Origin: Escherichia phage BF15
DNA: 64,000 nt
Direction: 5' to 3' (one strand)
Sequence record: MW822007.1
The notes under the pieces were generated by a model, which ran no database searches, had not been told where the DNA came from, and was given only the letters and a program-made list of their open reading frames with translations. Positions 10,829 through 18,272 of the stretch are shown piece after piece (the first letter of the stretch is position 1; every line of letters begins with the position of its first letter). The translations under genes and the position numbers were made by a program.

Positions 10829-11185
10829 TTAAACTCTATTCATAAAAGCATTAAAAATTTGGTCATCAATCGACGGAATAGCAACCTTTTCTGCATCATT
10901 TAGCAAATCATTAATTTCATCAGATAGCATAACACATGTACCTTTATTTCCTGTAATTGTTACTGCACAATTACGAACGTTTTCTTTATTAAATTTTAGG
11001 TTAATATTTTCGTAATGAAAATCCTTTAATGCTGAATATATTTTTAAAATGAAATTGTCTTTTACTACAATAAACCCAACCTCACTATTAAAACGTGGTT
11101 CATGGAAACTGTAATAAACCTTTTCATCTATGAAATCATATGAAATTTTTTCCATTTTTAAATATGAAAATTCAGAACTATACAT
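10829..11185 (-). CDS. hypothetical protein (61.2 position)
   Basis: 118 aa ORF. Confidence 0.45.
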   Translation of the reverse strand: MYSSEFSYLKMEKISYDFIDEKVYYSFHEPRFNSEVGFIVVKDNFILKIYSALKDFHYENINLKFNKENVRNCAVTITGNKGTCVMLSDEINDLLNDAEKVAIPSIDDQIFNAFMNRV

Positions 11186-11193
11186 ATTAACCT

Positions 11194-11493
11194 CTAATTA
11201 CTCTCACCTACCACTTCAGCGATGATATTTTTATTATTAAAGTTTTTATCGCAATACAGAACATAATTATACTGCATTACACCACCAGACTTAAGCTGTT
11301 TTTGCACTTCAGCTTTCATTTCAGGACGATCACGCTTAACGATATTCATAATATCTGCTTCAATTTGAGTTTCAACCTCAGTCTGATCTGCAGTCATAGA
11401 CCATTCGCACAAATCTTTATCATAACCTGCCATAGCAGGCTGAGCAGCACAAGAAGCTAAAGCAAAAACTGTAGCAAAGATAAATTTTTTCAT
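11194..11493 (-). CDS. sp: Spackle periplasmic protein (superinfection exclusion)
   Basis: 99 aa with signal peptide; matches T4 Sp as recalled. Confidence 0.85.
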   Translation of the reverse strand: MKKFIFATVFALASCAAQPAMAGYDKDLCEWSMTADQTEVETQIEADIMNIVKRDRPEMKAEVQKQLKSGGVMQYNYVLYCDKNFNNKNIIAEVVGESN

Positions 11494-11521
11494 GATAATC
11501 TCCTCAGTAGTTTATGTTTAT

Positions 11522-11551
11522 ATAGTATCTCAATTTCCAATAAAAGTAAAC
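11522..11551 (-). promoter_or_regulatory. T4-type early promoter (upstream of sp)
   Basis: minus strand GTTTAC-N18-TACTAT. Confidence 0.5.
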
Positions 11552-11553
11552 AG

Positions 11554-11853
11554 TTATTTTAAAACTTTTGCATAATCACATGTTACAAACTGTTTCTCTA
11601 ACTTGACGATCTTACGAAAATACCTTTTACACTGACGAATCTGCCTCTTCGTAGGACGTACAGCAAACTTAATAAATTCCACTCGACCAAATGGAGGACT
11701 TTCTTCTGCTGGAATATCTAACACCAATTCCCACGTATCTGCAATAAGTGCTTTGAATTGCGTATTTTTCCTGACGTTATACGGAGTAGGTTTAAATAAA
11801 ACAATATGCATATTATCCTCGGCAATCCACTTCACATACTTTCTTGTCATCAA
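11554..11853 (-). CDS. hypothetical protein (61.4 position)
   Basis: 99 aa ORF. Confidence 0.45.
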   Translation of the reverse strand: MMTRKYVKWIAEDNMHIVLFKPTPYNVRKNTQFKALIADTWELVLDIPAEESPPFGRVEFIKFAVRPTKRQIRQCKRYFRKIVKLEKQFVTCDYAKVLK

Positions 11854-11995
11854 TGAAAGCTTTAACTAATGCTTTATTAACTTCAGCATATTGAGTAGTA
11901 GCCCATTGAACGTCATCTTTCATCATTGTGATTTCTTTAGTAAACATGCTTTCATTCTTAAACCACCCCATAAAAACTACCTTTACCAATTCCAT
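11813..11995 (-). CDS. dmd: Dmd, antitoxin against RnlA/LsoA
   Basis: 60 aa, size and position of T4 Dmd; early promoter at 12025-12054. Confidence 0.8.
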   Translation of the reverse strand: MELVKVVFMGWFKNESMFTKEITMMKDDVQWATTQYAEVNKALVKAFIDDKKVCEVDCRG

Positions 11996-12024
11996 AACAA
12001 TCTCCTCATTTAACCAACAAGACT

Positions 12025-12054
12025 ACTATACCATAGTCTTGTCAGCTTGTAAAC
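12025..12054 (-). promoter_or_regulatory. T4-type early promoter (upstream of dmd)
   Basis: minus strand GTTTAC-N18-TATAGT inside inverted repeat CAAGACT...AGTCTTG. Confidence 0.6.
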
Positions 12055-13481
12055 TAAAATTTTAATTCATTTGCCAAAGCATCTAACTGTGCTCGAGCTG
12101 ATTCGTTTCTTTGATAGCGATTCTGTTCAGCCTGAATCTGTTGTGAACCTGCTACTTCACTCACTTCAGTTGGAGTAGAATCTTGTTCAATTTCTACCCA
12201 TTTTTGATTTCCTTTTTGAACACCCATCAAAAACTTATTCCACTTATTCTTATCACCATATCGTGATTTGATTTGCTTAATGAGTTGTTGTTCAGCAGCT
12301 GCTAGCTCCTCGGTTTCAATGACCGCAAGCATAAAATCGGCTGTTGCTGGAAGACCGGCAGATTCTGCAATATCGCTCATGTTAACATCAGAAGAGTCCC
12401 AAGCTTGTTTACCAACCTGTGCTGCAGTCCAAAGAACAGTTTCGGTTTCAACAGCAAGAGCGCGCAATTCCTCTGCAATAGCTTTAACAGTTGTATAACT
12501 ATTTTCTGAATAAACTCTAATGCGGCAAGATTTACAAATACCTAGATAGTCGACAATAATGATTGTTGGAACAAAATTCTTCTTGAGCTTCAATTCATTC
12601 AAGAGAGACCTGAATGTGTTAGCATCTGCCCCACCAGTAGGATACTGTTTAACGATTAAACGACCAAGAGTAGATTTCTCACGCCATTTTTCCATTTTTC
12701 CTTTATATTCAGCGTAAGAAATATGCCCATCATCAATGTCATCAAGAGAAACATCAAGCATATTAGCATCAATACGCTTAGCACAGACTTCTTCTGCCAT
12801 TTCCATGGAAATGTAAAGAACATTATGTCCGAGCTGCAAATAATCTGCTGCCAATGAACACAATCCTAATGACTTACCAACGTTAACGCCAGCCATTAAA
12901 ACGTTCAGTGTTCCAGTCTCAGCTCCGCCTTTAGTAATTTTGTTTAGAATTCTGAGTTTAAATGGAACCTTACGAGCTTTATTCATATAAGATAGCCAAC
13001 GCGCTTCATAGTCATCCATCCAATCATGACCAACGTAGCTATCAAATGAAATTGATAATGCTTGGCGCATGATGTCAGGAATAGCACCTACATCTGGCAT
13101 TTTCTTATTTCGTTTTTCCGGAGGAAGCTCAGCATTAGTTTGAATTTCGATTATTTTAGACGTAGCATTAAACATCGCCCTTTGCTGAACATATTTTTCT
13201 GTTTCTTTTACTAACCAGCTGTGGTCTTCCGGAGAATCAGCCAGTTTTGAAATAAGTGTTTTTACACCAGAATATTCTGTTTCAGTAAATGAACTATTTT
13301 CTAATGCAACATTTAACGCATTAATAGATGGAACGCTATGGTACTCATTAACATGAGATTTAATTAATTTGAATGTATTTTTAGCTGGACCACTTTCAAA
13401 ATATTCTGAATCCATATATGGCCAAACTTTTGAAAAATAAGCTTGATCAAATATAAGATGAGAAAGAATAATTTCTACCAC
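12054..13481 (-). CDS. 41: replicative DNA helicase gp41
   Basis: 475 aa; DnaB-family motifs; matches T4 gp41. Confidence 0.95.
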   Translation of the reverse strand: MVEIILSHLIFDQAYFSKVWPYMDSEYFESGPAKNTFKLIKSHVNEYHSVPSINALNVALENSSFTETEYSGVKTLISKLADSPEDHSWLVKETEKYVQQRAMFNATSKIIEIQTNAELPPEKRNKKMPDVGAIPDIMRQALSISFDSYVGHDWMDDYEARWLSYMNKARKVPFKLRILNKITKGGAETGTLNVLMAGVNVGKSLGLCSLAADYLQLGHNVLYISMEMAEEVCAKRIDANMLDVSLDDIDDGHISYAEYKGKMEKWREKSTLGRLIVKQYPTGGADANTFRSLLNELKLKKNFVPTIIIVDYLGICKSCRIRVYSENSYTTVKAIAEELRALAVETETVLWTAAQVGKQAWDSSDVNMSDIAESAGLPATADFMLAVIETEELAAAEQQLIKQIKSRYGDKNKWNKFLMGVQKGNQKWVEIEQDSTPTEVSEVAGSQQIQAEQNRYQRNESARAQLDALANELKF

Positions 13482-13490
13482 ACTTACTCC

Positions 13491-13853
13491 TTAAAAGAAT
13501 TTAAACTTTTTCTTTGACCTTTTATTAAATGCATCTTGTAGTTGCATTGTAATACATTTTTCTACATGAGGAGCTAACTCAGCTTTTCTTTCTTGGTCAA
13601 GAACAGCAAAGTCCATTACGACTTTTCCATCAACCCAATCTAATTTTGTCACATACACAATGTGCGTAGAACCGTCTTCTAGTTTAATGACAATCTCCTG
13701 GATAACATTTTCCATGGCAGATTTAATTATCTTAAGAGATTCATTAAAAAGACGTTCTTTTCTTTCTTCTTCCCCCTCCGAAGAGGGGGATTCGTCGATA
13801 ATTTCTAGATCTAAATCTAAATCATCTTTATTCATTAAATTCTTCCATATCAC
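13491..13853 (-). CDS. 40: gp40 head assembly protein
   Basis: 120 aa between 41 and uvsX as in T4. Confidence 0.6.
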   Translation of the reverse strand: MIWKNLMNKDDLDLDLEIIDESPSSEGEEERKERLFNESLKIIKSAMENVIQEIVIKLEDGSTHIVYVTKLDWVDGKVVMDFAVLDQERKAELAPHVEKCITMQLQDAFNKRSKKKFKFF

Positions 13854-15009
13854 TTAACTGATCTAGGTCAGTTTCTAAATCAGCTGCTGATTTACTTTTA
13901 CTTTCTGGAGATTTAAATTTTTCAACCTTTGAGTTAATCAATTCATCAACTTCAGCTTCAACAATTTCATTACTATCAATAGCACCTAATTGATAAGCAC
14001 GTTTAATAGCATCTCGGAATGGCTGATGCTTAAATAAAGGACCCCAGAATGTAGTGCAGTTGGTATCTTTTGCACGCCAAGATTTTTCTTCGCGAATCAT
14101 CTCGCCAGTTTCTTCGTCAAGAAATTCACGAGCATACCAGCCATTTTTAGGTTTTACAACAAATCCTAATTCTAGAGCCATATCTAACAATCCAGAATAA
14201 GGATCGATACCACCGTCAAATTTAACATCAATAAAGAATTTACTTTTTTCTTTAACGGTACGAGATTTTTCTACATTTAGAACAAATTGATACCCCTGAA
14301 GATCAGAACCATCTTTAATCTGACGCTTACCGATAATGAATACTGTATCAGCCGAATACATTACGCCTGTACCACCTGTCATCACGGTTTTACTAAACAT
14401 TTCAATTGTTTCAATTGTATGGTTAACCGCAACACATGGAATATTTTTAATGCTAAAGTAAGGAGTAACAATACGGAATAATGACTTCAGTGATTTAGCA
14501 CGAGTCATATCTGCCACAGATTTTTCATTCAAGGCATCTTCCGTTTCTTTCTTAGAAGCCATATTACCGATTGAGTCGATGAATACAATAACTTTTTCAC
14601 CGCGCTCGATAGCTTCAAGCTGATTCACCATATCAATTTTCAGTTGTTCAACTGACTGGATTGGTGTATGAATTACTCGTTCCGGGTCAACTCCCATGGA
14701 TCGCAAATAAGCTGGAGTAATACCAAATTCGCTATCATAAAATAGACAAACCGCGTCAGGATATTTGTTCAAATACGCCGCAACCATAGTCAAAGACATA
14801 TTTGATTTAAAGTGTTTAGAAGGACCTGCGAAAATAGTTAAACCAGACTGCATACCGCCATCAATCGCACCAGAAATAGCAATATTAAGCATTGGGATTT
14901 TTGTACGGATTACATCCTTTTCATTAAAGAATTTAGATGTAGTCAGTTCAGCAGTCATTTTAGAAGTGGAAGCTTTAATCAAACGGGATTTTAAATCTGC
15001 AATAGACAT
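13828..15009 (-). CDS. uvsX: UvsX recombinase (RecA-like)
   Basis: 393 aa; strong match to T4 UvsX with a diverged N-terminus. Confidence 0.95.
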   Translation of the reverse strand: MSIADLKSRLIKASTSKMTAELTTSKFFNEKDVIRTKIPMLNIAISGAIDGGMQSGLTIFAGPSKHFKSNMSLTMVAAYLNKYPDAVCLFYDSEFGITPAYLRSMGVDPERVIHTPIQSVEQLKIDMVNQLEAIERGEKVIVFIDSIGNMASKKETEDALNEKSVADMTRAKSLKSLFRIVTPYFSIKNIPCVAVNHTIETIEMFSKTVMTGGTGVMYSADTVFIIGKRQIKDGSDLQGYQFVLNVEKSRTVKEKSKFFIDVKFDGGIDPYSGLLDMALELGFVVKPKNGWYAREFLDEETGEMIREEKSWRAKDTNCTTFWGPLFKHQPFRDAIKRAYQLGAIDSNEIVEAEVDELINSKVEKFKSPESKSKSAADLETDLDQLSDMEEFNE

Positions 15010-15086
15010 TCATTTTTTCCATAGGCATCATTATATTTTCCTCACTGGTTAAAGATAGAGTAATTATAACACAATAAATTTAGGCA

Positions 15087-15929
15087 TTAATTAACTGCTA
15101 TTGGATGAATAGCATTAAACTTATGAAATGCTTCTGATTTTTCTTTACGCGAAACACACATGCGAAGAACCTTTAATGGCTCGTCTTCTTCACCCAACGA
15201 TTTTCTCTTTTCAATATTCGATGTTTTCCAATGAGCTTGCTCTGGAAACTCTCTATTGATTTGCTCAAGCGCTCTATTATGTTTAGAATTACTACGAATT
15301 GAACTACACCCACCGGGAGCGTGTGATTTTCCAGATACAACTAGATATTTGAACAAGGCCAAATGCGGATAACCTTGATTAATTAAATTGAGAAATGCAT
15401 ACATATCTTCGCATAAATCAATTTTTCCATACCCAATTTGTTCTGTCGTAAGTTTTCCGAGGTCATACCATGTATTCGTGAATCCGTATGAATTTTCACG
15501 ATAATTACCCCAAGATGAAGTAATTTTAAAAATAGGTAGACGAGCATGGCCATGATAATACCCACAATCCATGGCATCTTCAACGTATTGAATTAATTCA
15601 TAGAACTGTTCACGAGTTAATTGATTAATTTTATCTACGCGCCGTTTATCGTCTCTCTTTCGTATTGAACTCATACGAATAGTAGTATCATCGTCAATCA
15701 TCCAGATTCGTTGACCTGCATACATATCAGTAATTGCTTTACGAGTACCGGCAATTCCATTAACATCATCAGGAATAGTTACAATTTTAGCTCTAGACCC
15801 ATAGGCATCATAATAAGCTTTTTCTTCATGTTCACGCACTACAATATGGGGTTCATAATCAGTCGGAAACATATCAAGGGCAGAAACTGCCCCGACACGT
15901 TGATAACTTGGAATTACAAATTGAATCAT
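15087..15929 (-). CDS. glycosyltransferase at the beta-gt locus (possibly T2/T6-type beta-alpha glucosyltransferase)
   Basis: 280 aa; DxD-like motif IDDD; unlike T4 beta-gt (351 aa) as recalled. Confidence 0.5.
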   Translation of the reverse strand: MIQFVIPSYQRVGAVSALDMFPTDYEPHIVVREHEEKAYYDAYGSRAKIVTIPDDVNGIAGTRKAITDMYAGQRIWMIDDDTTIRMSSIRKRDDKRRVDKINQLTREQFYELIQYVEDAMDCGYYHGHARLPIFKITSSWGNYRENSYGFTNTWYDLGKLTTEQIGYGKIDLCEDMYAFLNLINQGYPHLALFKYLVVSGKSHAPGGCSSIRSNSKHNRALEQINREFPEQAHWKTSNIEKRKSLGEEDEPLKVLRMCVSRKEKSEAFHKFNAIHPIAVN

Positions 15930-16567
15930 TTAAGTGCCTTACATTTGTCAAAATGGTATCTTGTCATATTTGGCCCACGTCCTTTTAGTCCGCAATGCGG
16001 ACATATTTTTTCTATCAAATTATGAGGTTTTCCTTTACGATTTTTAGACATCGTTTCTTTAATTATTTTAGCTTTTTCTGCGCCAAAAATTTCTTCATAA
16101 GTTTTACCAGAATTTTCCTTTGCTCGATTTATAATTCCATATGCCTGCTCATTTTTACCATACATTGGATTACCTTCGCCTTTCATTCTTTTAGAATGAT
16201 CAGGACGCTTGATTCCACGAAAGGCATTTCCGCACTTATATCTTTCTTCTGGAGATAGTTTTTTACCGTACATTCCATTTAATTTGCCTGGAAAACTTCC
16301 TCCCCATGCTTCATTCTTTAAATTATATGAATCCGGACAATTAGCAGCATCTAAACAAGTTAAAATAATTTCTTCAACCTGTCTAAACATTGGTCCTTCA
16401 TATAATATTTCTTTATTAAAGGATTTTATTCCATATTTCTTTTTAGCATGTTGCCAAACTACACCCGAACCATCATAATTCGGGTTGTGACCATCATGAC
16501 TTCCTATATACCACTTTTTAGTTTTAGGATGTTTATACTTATAAACATGTGGCACATTTACTTCCAT
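15926..16567 (-). CDS. GIY-YIG homing endonuclease (Seg-like)
   Basis: 213 aa; N-terminal KWYIGSHDG...YDGSG GIY-YIG motifs; basic C-terminal region with a Cys pair (CPHCG). Confidence 0.7.
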   Translation of the reverse strand: MEVNVPHVYKYKHPKTKKWYIGSHDGHNPNYDGSGVVWQHAKKKYGIKSFNKEILYEGPMFRQVEEIILTCLDAANCPDSYNLKNEAWGGSFPGKLNGMYGKKLSPEERYKCGNAFRGIKRPDHSKRMKGEGNPMYGKNEQAYGIINRAKENSGKTYEEIFGAEKAKIIKETMSKNRKGKPHNLIEKICPHCGLKGRGPNMTRYHFDKCKALK

Positions 16568-17298
16568 TTTCCAGTATAATCCTTTTTAGCAATATGAGTC
16601 TCACCGGTGTTCCACCAATGGTCAACTAAATAAAACTGATTTTCGTACACATGAAGACTTCCAACGTTCCATATAATAGAACCTGCTTTATATTGCCGCG
16701 ATGGGTCGCCTGCATTCAAATCAGATACTAATTTATCTAGTACGTATTTTTGCCAAGCATAATCATTACGATAGCCTGCCCAGCAATCATTGCTTCTCAT
16801 GCTAACAACCGCATTGACTTTCTTATCACGAATCAGGTACTGTACTGTATTCGTACACATGAAATCTGACATACCATCTTTATTGTAGTCAAACTGCATA
16901 GATGGACGAGTATAAATCATGATACCGCGCCGAGAATCAGGATTTTGACCAAGTTCAGCTAAACACATATCATACTGGGCATAGTTATCTTCTGACCAGA
17001 TGGCCCAACCATAATTTGAGTTAATTTCGCCTTTAGAAGATGCTACCTGCTGCCAAATCTTGGGTGTTTCACCTGGAATATCTTTAACAAACAGACTTTG
17101 AGACTTATACCATTCAAGTTCACGCTGAATGTATTCATCATTAAGAGCGCCAAAAATAAAAGGTTCATCTGCTACAAATGATGCACCAATAATTTCAATA
17201 GTTTTAACACCGGTTTTATCAATTACGAAATCTTTTTCCTTTAATGCAAGACCCAAATCAAGACGGATTTCTTCAACTGTCATATAATCGTTAATCAT
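16558..17298 (-). CDS. 42: dCMP hydroxymethylase gp42
   Basis: 246 aa; matches T4 gp42 as recalled. Confidence 0.95.
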   Translation of the reverse strand: MINDYMTVEEIRLDLGLALKEKDFVIDKTGVKTIEIIGASFVADEPFIFGALNDEYIQRELEWYKSQSLFVKDIPGETPKIWQQVASSKGEINSNYGWAIWSEDNYAQYDMCLAELGQNPDSRRGIMIYTRPSMQFDYNKDGMSDFMCTNTVQYLIRDKKVNAVVSMRSNDCWAGYRNDYAWQKYVLDKLVSDLNAGDPSRQYKAGSIIWNVGSLHVYENQFYLVDHWWNTGETHIAKKDYTGKWK

Positions 17299-17305
17299 TT
17301 AAACC

Positions 17306-17455
17306 TCAATTGATGCATTCATATTTAACTTGTAACAGTAATAAACCCCAACCTATAATAAGTGTCGGAATCATACAAGGAACTGCTACGCTATAGTATA
17401 TACTTATTATAATCATCAAGATTAAAAGCAATACTGCTAAAATTTTGCTTTTCAT
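17306..17455 (-). CDS. hypothetical small membrane protein
   Basis: 49 aa hydrophobic ORF (MKSKILAVLLLILMII...) translated by hand; ATG overlaps imm stop (ATGA). Confidence 0.35.
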   Translation of the reverse strand: MKSKILAVLLLILMIIISIYYSVAVPCMIPTLIIGWGLLLLQVKYECIN

Positions 17456-17703
17456 TCCTTCTCTCTGATGATAATTACTTGATTTTGCTGTACAGATTTT
17501 TTAGTTTCACCTGCAATTGACCAAATAAATGTAATAAACCAACCAATGATTGACCAGTTAAACAGTAAAGATGTGAAAAAGATTCCTACTGTCGATTTTG
17601 ACCCACGCATCAAGGCGATGAACCATGGAAGCATGTATATAATAATAGCCAACACGCCTGAAACTAAAACCATAAAAATTGAACCTGCTACTAAAGTTTC
17701 CAT
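17452..17703 (-). CDS. imm: Imm superinfection immunity membrane protein
   Basis: 83 aa, two TM segments; size and position as T4 Imm. Confidence 0.8.
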   Translation of the reverse strand: METLVAGSIFMVLVSGVLAIIIYMLPWFIALMRGSKSTVGIFFTSLLFNWSIIGWFITFIWSIAGETKKSVQQNQVIIIREKE

Positions 17704-17710
17704 GTTTTCC

Positions 17711-18091
17711 TCACTTAGTCAAATTTTTTACACATGAATTATAAGAATTTACTACATACTCCATCGGAGCATTTTTACCGGTACGCCATTGGTAATTATT
17801 AGCCCAATTAGCCCAAATTTCGGCGCAGTAGTTTTCAATTTTTTCTTCACGTGTAATCACATCTGAATTACGATATGCTTGAGCAGATTCATCTGGACGA
17901 ATAGCTTCGTCAAAATTCGCCTGCATTTGTTCTACTGTCTGTTTTGGAGCTTCTTTATAACACTTAACATTAGGATTATAAAATTTGCTTGAACAGTTTA
18001 CAATTTTTCCTACATCAGATTGATTTACTACCGGTCCTTGAGCTACACAACCAGTAAGACCCAATGCAATAACCAAAATAGCGATTTTCAT
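17711..18091 (-). CDS. predicted lipoprotein
   Basis: ORF-track ORF trimmed to ATG 18091 (GGAG SD); lipobox LTGC; upstream part of track ORF is promoter read-through. Confidence 0.55.
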   Translation of the reverse strand: MKIAILVIALGLTGCVAQGPVVNQSDVGKIVNCSSKFYNPNVKCYKEAPKQTVEQMQANFDEAIRPDESAQAYRNSDVITREEKIENYCAEIWANWANNYQWRTGKNAPMEYVVNSYNSCVKNLTK

Positions 18092-18125
18092 TTCATTCTC
18101 CAAATCCGTATCAGTTGATAGTTGT

Positions 18126-18155
18126 ATAGTACCATGGAAAAACAGGGATGTAAAC
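18126..18155 (-). promoter_or_regulatory. T4-type early promoter (lipoprotein gene)
   Basis: minus strand GTTTAC-N18-TACTAT; member of a conserved promoter-leader repeat family. Confidence 0.6.
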
Positions 18156-18238
18156 CATTTTGTGAAAAAATTTTTAATGAATTCCAGAGGTCGAGAATCA
18201 TCTGTTTTTCCTAAGTATAGATTTATATTACTTGTATG

Positions 18239-18259
18239 AAAAAGGGACCCGGAGGTCCC
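18239..18259 (-). terminator. intrinsic terminator after gene 43
   Basis: hairpin GGGACC-UCCG-GGUCCC plus U run. Confidence 0.6.
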
Positions 18260-18272
18260 TAGATTTATTCTA

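Noticed and set aside
15383-15583. Nested same-strand ORFs inside larger genes (15383-15583, 18290-18475, 25568-25831, 45929-46123, 54725-54940)
   Set aside because: Alternative frames within confidently assigned genes; no independent signals
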